From NCBI RefSeq assembly GCF_006345805.1, contig NC_043014.1, forward strand, positions 50,096,001 through 50,160,000: 64,000 nt of DNA. The letters run 5' to 3'. This document shows, one piece after another, positions 52,823-64,000 of this stretch. The position numbers and the translations under genes are program-made. Under the pieces are notes generated by a model that had not been told where the DNA came from, did no database searches, and was given only the letters and a program-made list of their open reading frames with translations. Each line of letters opens with the position of its first letter. Within the stretch, counting starts at the first letter, position 1. The stretch is from Octopus sinensis (lineage: Eukaryota).

Positions 52823-53399
52823 GTCTAGAGAAATCTTCAAGATTTCTATTAAAATGAAATCAATGCAGATATTAGGTGGCAGTTGTGGAATTGGTTAAAT
52901 GCTAAGACCTTTTTAATATGGGAGTCAAAAGCATTTAACTAGACCGAAAACTAATAAAATGCTGAAAAGGCCAAGACAAGTCTTGCAGAAGAAAAGAAGA
53001 TTTTAATCCTTAAAATATACAGGAGTCAACAACTACAAAAAGCATTAATGTCTGTTGTCTGTGTGTCCAACAGACGTTATAAAACTGCCAACAAATAATG
53101 ATTATGATATTGAATTCACCAATTGTTTTTTTTTTGTTTTTTTTTTCCCCCCTTTTTTAATTATTAGTAAGAAATCTAATTGGCTTCACAGAACTAACAT
53201 GGAACGTCTCAAGTGAACAAAAGCCCTGCCTTAGCCATCTTTCATTACCAGGGACAGGCAGCGTCTGCAATTAATAGGTTTCTAAGATTTTAGCATATCC
53301 TTAAAATCCTTTAAAATGTTTTAGCCCGAATGCCGCGGCCATGCTGGGGCACCACCGCTGTATAAAAAAAATAAAATAAAAGCAAACTGTGACGACGAA

Positions 53400-56300
53400 T
53401 CCTGAAGAATGATGAAAGGTGACAGAAATGACAGGTACAGAAAGAAGCCTGCACTACAAGAAACAGTTAAGACACTATGAATGGAACAAAACAGAACTGT
53501 TTACTAACCAAACTACAAACAAAAAGATCTTTTTTTTCTTTTTTAAATAGAAATGCGAAGATAAAATGCAAAGACAAAAAAAAAAAAAAAAAAAAACTAT
53601 GGAAATGATCATAAAATGAAAATACAAAATCATGTTTACCAGACTAAAAAACGGAAAATGAAGGAGAGACAAGTAGAATGACTTAAAATTTTGATTGTGT
53701 GTGTATATAATTTAGTAATTGTAACTTTTAAGGTTCTTAGGTACATGTCCACACATGCACAGACACAATCATAGTTGAAAATACTTTTCATAATACCTTT
53801 CAAACCAGTTTGTGGTGACCCTGTTGCTTTCCTAAATTCTAACTGTTGAACTTGTTTTGTTTTTTTTTGTTTTTTTTCCTGCAAAATAATACCTCCCGCC
53901 AACTCTCTCACTCTCCACCCTACTCAATCTTCCTTTATATGGCTATTGCTGAGCATTAGTCTGTAAGTGTGTGTATATATATGTATATACATGTTTAATC
54001 ATATACCAAAGGGAAATGGAATTTAATTAAATTTAAAATATTCAATCAAAATTTACATTTCCAGTGGTCTAACATGCAAAAACATTAGTCAAGAAGACTA
54101 TATATTAGTTATACGATATAGTGCAAATTTATACACATAAGGAATCTACTTGGGGTGAGCACCCTATCTGTATAAATTTTCACTATATCGTATGTATATA
54201 CATGTTTAGTGTTCCCTGGGCACCGACAGGCAATACACAGAATAGCAGGAGACCGACTTGACCACAATAATATACATACGCACACACACGTATATATATG
54301 CACGTATGTATGTATGTATGAGGGAATACAAGCCAACAACACTGTCAATAAACACAAAGGAACCAAACCAATTTTAAGCAGCAGGCATCATCATCATTAC
54401 CATCATCATCAGTCATAAGGCAAAAATTGAAAGAATAAATGTTGATATAAGGCAAAACCTTTCAGGTAAATAATATACTTTATTATTATTATTATTATTG
54501 GAATAGCAAATTGTTTGATTTATGCTGCAGAATAAGTTCATGTCCATTATATAATCACATTTTATTACGATTTATTAAAGATGTCACGATAAGCTAATCA
54601 ACCAATAAACAGTGCTGTACAGGTTGTTTATATTTTAAAAAAAAATGAAAAACAAACAAAAAAAAACCCAAAAAGGACAGACATAAATGACAAAAGATTT
54701 ATACAAGTTATTTGTGTGTGTGTGTGTGTGTCAGTAGGGTGAAAGAATATTGCAAATTTTTTAAAGCATATTGCCAGTTATAACAGCTTAGGAGTTTAAT
54801 GCTTTTCAACTGTTGTTTTTTTTAAATAAACTAAAACTAATTCTTTAATTATCGAAAACAAAATGTTAAAGTGCAACCAAAAATAATATATACATCAAAG
54901 AGTGATAAATAGGCAAAAGAAAAGAAAAGGGGGGAAAAAAAACACATTTTTCTGTTCATTTATGCATGTAAAAAAAAAAAAAAAAATATATCCAGCAATC
55001 TAGGAAGAATCACATAGTGATTATCTGTTAAAATATTTCTAAAACTTATTAAAAATCTGTAAATACAGTAATCCCCACACACCCCAGTAAGTCAGTCTAA
55101 AAATTATAACAGATGACTCCAATAATAACTAGCTAAGCCACAGTTTTAAAAATCTCAAATAATTTTTCTTTTACAAAAATAAATGTACACCCCACCCAAT
55201 AACAATAAAAAAAGAATATTTTTTGTTCTTTTTTTTGTGTGTTGTCAAAGTTTTCTAATACTAATCTAAAAGATTAAAATTAATCTTGGAAGAAAAAAAA
55301 AAAAGGAAAAAAACTCATTTCACTGAAATTTTTTTACATAAATTTAAAAAAAAATTTTTTTTTTTTCTGATTTTTAAAAATGAGTATCTTTATATCATTG
55401 GCTTATCTTTTTCAGATGCATTATTTGAAAATGTCATCTAAGGAATTCAGCACCAACTTAGGCAGTACCATAAGTACAAAGAAACGAAAAACTAGAAAGC
55501 TGAGTTTTAGGAAATTTAAAAAAAAAAAAAATTTAAAAAAAAAAAAAAAAGACCTTAAAAGAACAAAGAAGCTATATCTAAAAGGAGGTACAAATCGTTA
55601 AAGATAATAGCCAATCTAATTAAAACCATTAACATTAACGGCCAGAAAATAAAAGAGATCAAATAGAATGTATTTTTGTTTTGTTTTTCTTTTCTCTCTC
55701 TTTAAATGTAATTAGAAGAAATTTTAGCATTGGACTTGCGATATATTTGGTATTCCATATACACAGAATCATACAAACATTGACCAAATAGCTTCTATTT
55801 ACAAAAAACACACACTTTCAGTTGAGTAAGGGAGTTAGCACTTGAGACATTATTCCAATACCTATTATAATTAATGACTTAATAAAGCTATTGATTGATT
55901 TTTTTTGTTTGTTTTTAATGGAAGGGAAGATTAGCTGATAAGATTTTTTAAACTTAGGCTTTTTAGAGGGGGTTTTTTTTTTCAACTTGACATGAATGAC
56001 TAGATCTGGGAAAATATGAAAACATGTAGCAAAAAAAAAAATAATAATAATAAACAAGTGAACAAAAACAGAACTTAAGATTAATTTTTTTTTAAATGAT
56101 ATAAAAACAGAACCTATAAGTTTGATTTTGAAGGAGTGACTTTTATGATTTTTTTTTCTGTTTTTTTTTTGATTTTTTTTTTAAGTCTATAAGATTTACA
56201 CTGAAATTTAAATATTTTGTACTTGTTTGGTTTGTTTGTTTCTGATTGAAGGGGGGACAAGAACACTGAACATCTCAAAAAAATCAAGCACTGTGCTGTC

Positions 56301-58922
56301 ATTAAATATTTCTAACTCTGGAGAAAGACATGCCTTCAGAGATTCATGCTTGTACAGTCATTTTTATATATATACATATATATGTATATATATATATATA
56401 TATATACATACATATACATATATATATATACACCAGGACCAGTTCGCCTTCACCCCACACCCCTCTGCCACAAGCCTAAGATGTTCAACAAACAAAACAA
56501 AAAACAGACACACACACGCGCACAAAAAAAAATAGAAAACAAGTAGAGGCTGTCGTAGGGTGAATTATGATGATAAAAAGACACTCAAGGAATTATTGAT
56601 GGTTGAATCCATTAGCAGAAACAACTGAACTTCAAGTGTACCATAACAACTCCCAAAATGCATAACAGAAGGATAGAGGTGAGTGGCACTTCCTAAACAT
56701 AAGATGAATTATATATATGTATGTATTTTATTTTTAATAGCCTCCAATGGAACTAATCAGGGGGGGAAAAAGTTTTTAAAACCCACAAGAATACAAACAT
56801 TTAAGTCATTTTAAATAGCTAATAATGTTTGTTTGTTTGTTTGCCTTTTTTTTTTATTATTATTAAACAAAATAAATACAAGCAACTTAAAACCTTCCAG
56901 AATATTATTATTATTATTAATAACTGATAATCGTCGTAATTTTGGAGAATAAGCTTCTGCAATTAGTAATTGTATATGATGAAGTGTAATAATAATAGAT
57001 TTATAACCTTGTAGTAGTAGTAGTATTAATTGTATTAATGCCAAAGATAATAGTCACTCAGTCAGACAGAAGTATCAATTTCCATCCCTTGTAAACTGGT
57101 GGCTGAATTCAAGTTTCCTAAATTAAAATGATGAGACTTATAAAATTTATGAAGGCAGTGATTTTAAAAAATTCAACAGGTATACTACTAATTACATTGT
57201 AGAGACTATATTTACATACCTGATGCTATTGTCAACATCAACAATCACTTCCAAGCATAACCGAAAAAAGCAGGTAAAGAAAGAAAATCAGGAAGGGGTG
57301 GAGAAATAAAAGCTATTTTAATACCATAGAAGCTGATTTTTAAAAAATATGAAATAAGCAAAACTGAAGGATTTTTTTTTTTAAATACTTGCCTAAGACT
57401 TGAGAATTTAAAAAGAACAGAAAAATTTTATACTTAAATTGGATAGGGAGGGGGTTACACTTTGGAGTAAGATAGTTAATTGAGGAATATTTTGTTGGTT
57501 TGGAGAGATTTAAGGAATGGTTGACTAGGTTTACTCAACTTTTAGAGATAGAAGAGAAAAATGAAATGAAAGAACAGAAAAATAAACCTCACCCACCCAA
57601 TGGTGAAAAATATACATTTGCAGAGAGAGAAAGAAGAAAGAGAGAGAGAGATGGGAGGGGGTTTAAAATAAATTATAATAGTGTTGTGTAGTAATAGATC
57701 AAGCACTGCAGAAAAAAAAATAAAATAAAGTAAAATAAATTTGCTATGCACACTTCACCAACTGAGCCAAATTATATCAGGGAATGTGTAATGCCAAACT
57801 TAATAGGATGCATGTGGGAGCATATGTACATACATACACACACACACACACCACACACACACATATATGCACACACACACACGCACGCATACATACATAT
57901 ACACACAGGTACGCGCTCTCAAACAATTATGAAAATTCATTTTCATTTATTATTATTATTAGTTTTTTTGGTGGGGGGGTGGTTTGTTCTGGTCACCCTA
58001 ACTCAAGTGGCTGCACAATGGAGAGAGAGAAGGGGGGAGAGAGAGAGAGAAAAAAAGATAAAAATGAACTTTCACTCTTGTAAGAAGTTGGGAGGGAGAG
58101 GGGGAGAGAGAGAGGGAGAGGGAGTGGACAACATCCGACCCCCTCTCCTCGTGACCTCCCCCCCGTTCTCTTTCTCTCCAGTTTTAGAAAGTTTGAGTCA
58201 TGACAGCTTTACTGATTGATTTAATCTGGGGGGGAGGGGGAGAGAAAAAAAAAAAAAAAAAGAAGGTTCCGAGAGTCTCTACACAGTCCAAGAGAATTCT
58301 TTAACTGTTACTGAAAGATATCAATCCTCCACAGGGTAACATGATGGAGGCACAAAATGTGTGCACATAGGAGCTGAGCTAAGCTTTTTATTTAAAAACT
58401 TTAAAAAGAAAAAGGTCCTTAAAAAAAAAGGTCTTGCTTCAATTTCCAAATATTGTAGTTCTTTCGACTTTTTAAAATAATGAATGTTCATTCCACACAC
58501 TTGCATTTGTTTTTTTATTTTTTTATTTTTTTTCTTTCACTGATATTACTGGAGTAAAGTCTTGTTTGTTTGAGGTTGTTTTTTGTATATATATTTTTTT
58601 GTTTTGTTTTTGGTTTGAAATATTTTCCTCCTCCTCCTCCAACTTCCTTCCAGTCAAACACATTGATGTTGTTTTGTTGGCATCTTGTTTTGTTTGTTTT
58701 TAGGTTTGTTATTTTTTTTTCCTTAAAAGTTTTTTTTTTCTTTAAGTGATTTGGTGCCTTTTTTATAATTTTTTTTCCAATTTTAATAGAAGGGGGCAAA
58801 AGAAACACAGCAGGTGGGCAAACGGGCGGGCGGATAGGCAGGCGGGCGGGCAAATGGGCACGGGAGGCTGTCTTTCATAATTTTTTTTTTTGTTGTTGTT
58901 TTTGTTGCTGTTATTTTTAAAC
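53400..58922 (-). other. Probable long 3'UTR of the GPI isoform (distal end uncertain)
   Basis: About 5.5 kb after the GPI stop with no recognisable SINE, against roughly one per kb elsewhere. U-rich on the sense strand. Confidence 0.55.
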
Positions 58923-59029
58923 TCAGAGCAGTGCCAGCAGACAACACAAGAAGGCATTCACTGCCATTAACAGGTGAGAATTGCAGTTGAAAGATGCAGT
59001 GGAATCCATTATTCGACTACCCGTGTCCA
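58923..59029 (-). CDS. NCAM: NCAM/Fas2/apCAM-like gene, alternative terminal exon encoding a GPI-anchor signal: (V)DTGSRIMDSTASFNCNSHLLMAVNAFLCCLLALL*
   Basis: Strong acceptor ttctgttcttttcag|TG (AG at 59030-59031). Phase 1, the same as the TM exon. 34 codons then TGA. Small residues, a polar spacer and a hydrophobic C-terminus give a typical GPI signal. GPI and TM isoforms are known for NCAM, Fas2 and apCAM. Confidence 0.85.
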
Positions 59030-60068
59030 CTGAAAAGAACAGAAATAAACAAGTAAAAATGGGCAGGATTTATTGAAGATCTTTCGGCTTAATTATTATT
59101 ATTACTACTATTATTACTATTAATAATAATTATATTTTTAGAACTTAGAAACAAATGTGTTCAATATATATATAGATATAAGATAAAGGATGAATAGTGG
59201 AAGGGACGGGGTGGGGGAGGAATCGGGGCAGTGAAGGTAGATGTGGACTCAACATTCATTTAAAAATACTTTTGAAATACTTTCTTAAAAGACTAATAAT
59301 TAGCAAAGACAATTGAAATTATTAAAGCAAAAAATGAAGATTGCAGATATTTCTAAAAAAATAAAAAGCAAATTTCCAGAGGAAAAATTAAGTAACTTCT
59401 GTAATTGTTAAGCTATTGGATGTGTAATAAACAGCAGTAATTAAAATCAACAAAAGTTTCACCTTATATGATATTAAAAAGGTTCTTATATATATATAAC
59501 AAGACCGAAAAAAAAAAAAAAAGAATTTGAAGGAAAAAGTTGATAGCACAATAAAGCAAGAACTATTTTTGGTATTGAGTGTGTTGTTTAAACGGCCTTT
59601 GTTTTAAATCTGAACAGAAACTAAGATACTGAGATTAAAAATTATTTTTACCAGCTAAATAAATAATATACATACATATGAAAACAATGCCTTATGTGTA
59701 ACTATAATCATTTAACAAAAAGTCTGTTGATTAGACAATTTCAAATTGTACCAAAAATTATTAATTCTATTTAGTACTGGTCTGCATTATTATTTAGGCC
59801 ATTTGGTATGAAACAGAATTTCCTATGAGCATTTCCATTCTTATTCCAGATTTAAAGTATTAAAGAGAAATTTTTAATCTAAAAAGCAGGAAATTCTAAA
59901 CTTGAAAATAACATTGCCATAAATTTTTAATAATTCAGCAAATTAGAAATTTAATTATTAAAATTAACCAGCTGATTTAATAAAAATTAAAATAGAAGAC
60001 TTATCGATGGTATTATACAGTATCAATAGAATTAGCTGAATAAAATGACTCCCACCAGTTTATTAATA

Positions 60069-61100
60069 CAGGGTGTAAGGGTATTTGAGGACAAGTATCA
60101 GTATGTTACTCTCTTCAAACCAAAATGTTTATATTTCTTTCAGATGTCCCACAGCAAATAAAATGCTAATACAAGAAATGAAAAGACATGCAGTCATTGT
60201 TGCCGTGTTTTAGAAATTGTCCAACACTTGAAATGCTGCAAGAGCTTTTGTACATAAAGTGTGGATGAGGTTAGAAGCCTCACACAGGAATGTTTCATCT
60301 TGGACATTCATTCACCCACCACAATTAATCCAACAGGCTCAAAATGATGATCCCGGAAAAATCAGCGAGGACCATTATTGAAGAACTTCAGGAGTTGGAT
60401 TGGACTATCAGTAATGTGGGCACATATGGAACAATTTGATACAAAGACTCAAGAAAACTGACCAGCATCAAGCAGTTACTTAAGGTGTAAAACCCTTGCA
60501 AACATGGCTTGTTTTGGTATTGGTAGAGATTTTTCCCATCAGAGATGAACCAAAAGTCTAACAGGAGAAACAATATATGGTTATGTATAGACCCTTCTAT
60601 GTTCCTAGAGTTGGCGCACACTAAATTTCCAGCAACTGAAATGATTTTAGGAGTTGCAAATAATGAAGGTCATGTGTCATTTCACATCTTTCTTTCTATG
60701 CCTTTAGAATTAATGATGTTGGTTATGTAGAGGTGCTGGAAAGGGTTGTTAAACCCTGGACGGTTGAAGTACATAGTAGAAGGCCATATGTGTTTCAACA
60801 ACACTTAACACCCACATAACCCAAGAAAGGGTTATGATCACATAACTCCAAACTCCTGGCCTCCAAACATGCCAAATTTGAATTCCATGGATTACTATGT
60901 TCAGAACATCCCTGAAAGGAGACCAATCAACACCCTTACAATGCTATAGCTTCACTAAAGACCACCATTGTCCAAGTGATGTCAAATAAGGACCATTTAG
61001 TGCAAGAATTCAACAATTCCAATCCCACTTAGCAGCCATCAATGAAGTTGTAGCAATAACCATTTTAGCCATTTTTTAACTGAGCATAGATAAATATGTA
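60069..61100 (+). pseudogene. Decayed Tc1/mariner transposase remnant
   Basis: Left end TA|CAGGGTG. Translated fragments HTKFPATEMILGVANNEGHV, YVEVLERVVKPW, RPYVFQQ and WPPNMPNLNSMDYYV (the WPPNSPDLNPLDY motif), with many frameshifts and stops. Confidence 0.8.
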
Positions 61101-64000
61101 TTTCTGTAATCTTTGATTTATGTTTCTTACAGCGGTTTAAAGGACACGATTAAAATATTCAACATACATGTCATTAATATAGCGTTTCATGCATATATGT
61201 CTATATGACGTTATAACTGTAGTTAGGGTTTTAGGTATAATAACACTTGAGTATAAGTGACGCTGAATCATTAGATTCTCCCTTACTCAGAGAAAAGCCC
61301 AAATAATATAACCTAAGAGAAAGCTTAAGGTAATAAAACAAAAACCGCTGTAAAGTAAAAAGTAGATTCATAGAATAATGTTATAAATTAGCTTTATTAA
61401 GAACGTGTAGACATTTTTATTAATATACATTTGGTTTTTGCTAGGTTTAGAGTTGTTTCATTAAATTACCATGTGTCCACAAATACCTCTTGCACTCTGT
61501 ATTTCAGTAACTGATTTGTTATTTGATCTTACAAATGTGAACCTCACCCCCTGACTACCACCTTCACCTCCTATCTGGTTTATTCTGCCATGTGTGACTA
61601 GGTCTCCGACTAGTAACAACATGAAATTGTGCACCTTGCCGACAAGGACAAGGCTAGTAGAGATGTTGATAACAACATCTAAACATCTAGAGATTTTCAA
61701 TAAACACAAATCATTAAAGAACTGCTTTGTAATATAGGCACAAGGCCCATAATTTTTTCTTGGGTGGGTGGGTGGGCGGGCGGGCGGGGTAGTCGAGTAC
61801 ACTGATTGGTATCTGGAGGGATGAAAAGCAAAGTTGACCTCAGCAGAATTTGAACTCAGAATGTGAAGCAATTACTTTATATTTAAGGCACAGAGCCTGA
61901 AATTTTGAGGGAGAGAATTGTAATTACATTGATTTAAATGCTCAACTGGTACCTATCATATTGCCCTTGGAGGGATGAAAGGCAAAGTTGACATCGGCAG
62001 ATTTGAACTCAGAATGTTAAACAATAACCCTAATAACATTATTACTGTAACTACTTAAAAAATATATTGATAAACAGAAATGTTTTTTTTTTTAATTCTT
62101 TTTCTATTTTAGTTAAGGGAGAAAAACATTTAACAACACTAAACATTGATAAAATTTGAAGGGCTTTCCAGTAGAAACACTAATATCTAATAATGATGGG
62201 GTGAACTGAACTTCCGACTCTGAAAATTAAATCTTTATCTCTCTCTATATACATACATCCTATTAAACATATTAAATCTGCATTTCATAATAATACACAA
62301 TTAATTAATTCTAAATCTAAAACGAGACCCTGTGGGAAAACAAAAGACAAAACACACACACACACACACTGAAGGGAAAAGCAAATAAACCATGTGAAAA
62401 AGCTTCTCAATGACATTTATCCTTACTCTTATTAGAAATCATTTTGAAAATTAAATACCAAATTGCCAGAGGTAAAATTACAATTTTCTTAATTATTAAA
62501 CCAATGTCATGGATACTTCCAAATCTAATAGCTTGTGCCTCAATTCTGATCATTGTTATCAAGGCTCTTATTCCTCCTGAATGTGGACTTACATCTGATG
62601 TAACGTAATGGTTTCACTCATTAACAGTTAATAACTAAATTATCTCAGGTAGACCATCACACAGGTGTACACAAATTCCTCCAAATTAACATTAAATAAA
62701 TGAAAAAAAAGAGCTTATAAATTTTTAAACATAAATTACACAGAGACAATCTAAATGAGCGTGTGTGTTTATATATCTGCACAAGTCAAATAGTACAGCC
62801 GAGATAGTCATTGAAATAGATAAAAACTCATGAAATGATAACAATTATAATAAATAGTACATACATAGGTCATTAATGAACATCACAGCAACAGTTATTT
62901 GATTTTGAAAGTGGTACTAAGAATAAAGGAAAACCTGGTCTAGAATGCTCAGGTGCAACAAGTACTTGCTAACAAGGATAGAAAGTGGTGCATGACTGCT
63001 ACTACTACTACTACTACTGCTGCTGCTGCAACTACTAATGGCTATGTGTATGGGGGAAACTATACTAGTAGATAAAGGAAAATATAGTTGGGATTCAAGT
63101 GTTGGTCTAATACTACTAGGGTCTAAAGGGACTTGAAGCTAAAAAAGTTAAAAACCAAAACAAAAAAAAATGTGTGTTGGCATGTGTGCATGTCTGAAAG
63201 CAAAAATAAAACCAAGAAATAAAATAAAATATGCAAGTGAATACACACACGCATTTTATTTATATATATATATGCACCTACACACACAACATTTAAAATA
63301 AAATGGAATAACTTTTGTAAACTTTGTTTTTTAGCAACATAACAGCTATAATTAATGATTTCAAATTTTGGCACAAGGCCAGCAATTTCAGGGTAGGGGG
63401 GGAAAAGTTGATTACATCAACCCCCAGTGCTCAACTGGTACTTGTTTTATCAACCCCAAAAGAATGAAAGGTAAAGTCAACCTGGGTGGAACTTCGAATG
63501 TAAAAACGGACAAAATGCCGCTAACATTTTGTCCGGCATGCTAACGATTCTGCCAGCTATAATCAATAAAAATTAACTTGTCTTAAATATAGTGGTTACT
63601 TTAAATGTGTAACACTGTGACAACAAAACAAAAGCTAGTTAGCTAATTATAGATTGTGATTGTACACTGGTTGGATTGATTTAATTAGCTACATTAACAT
63701 AAGCCAATGAAAACCCCACTCTAACACAGGTGACTGATTCGACAGAGGCAAGATTTGACCTCTTTAACTGATAAACCTCACTGTGCCATCTCAACCATTT
63801 CCAACATTGGCACTGTATTACTGTAGGTAATACCTCTACATGGTCACTAGAAATAACAGCTAAAGTCTCTCAAATTATGCCCTATTGTCTTAATGGGAAG
63901 ATATAACCATAACATTCACATAATTAAGAGCAAAATGGTCACAGCTGGCTGGATCAAGATTAACCTGGGACTAGATTAACAAAAGGCTTCAACGTTAACC

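Noticed and set aside
62930-62965. Possible exon QVLVAPEHSRP(G) on the minus strand
   Set aside because: Weak donor, no family motif, and cannot be tested without upstream exons.

Overview
AT-rich, microsatellite- and SINE-dense animal genomic DNA. The repeat families point to an octopus or other coleoid cephalopod; this is inference. The window holds the 3' end of one large minus-strand gene of the NCAM/Fasciclin II/apCAM family. It has a GPI-signal terminal exon (58923-59029) and, about 35 kb further on, a transmembrane exon (23337-23553). Small cytoplasmic exons follow (16107-16205, 9050-9088, 6015-6078), then two competing terminal acceptors (4565, 4358). All exon phases are mutually consistent. 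The Ig/FnIII exons lie beyond the right edge. The introns contain several tRNA-derived SINE families, hAT and piggyBac MITEs with clean TSDs, two non-autonomous Helitrons, and remnants of RTE, L1/Tx1, piggyBac and Tc1/mariner elements. Most notable are two Penelope-type inverted-repeat cassettes carrying hammerhead ribozyme cores, one apparently intact (31935-32015). Also notable are a minisatellite packed with 5' splice-site motifs just upstream of the TM exon, an antisense promoter-like island, and a SINE flanked by a 111-bp direct repeat. Nearly all ORFs in the supplied track are microsatellite or SINE artefacts. SINE boundaries are approximate.
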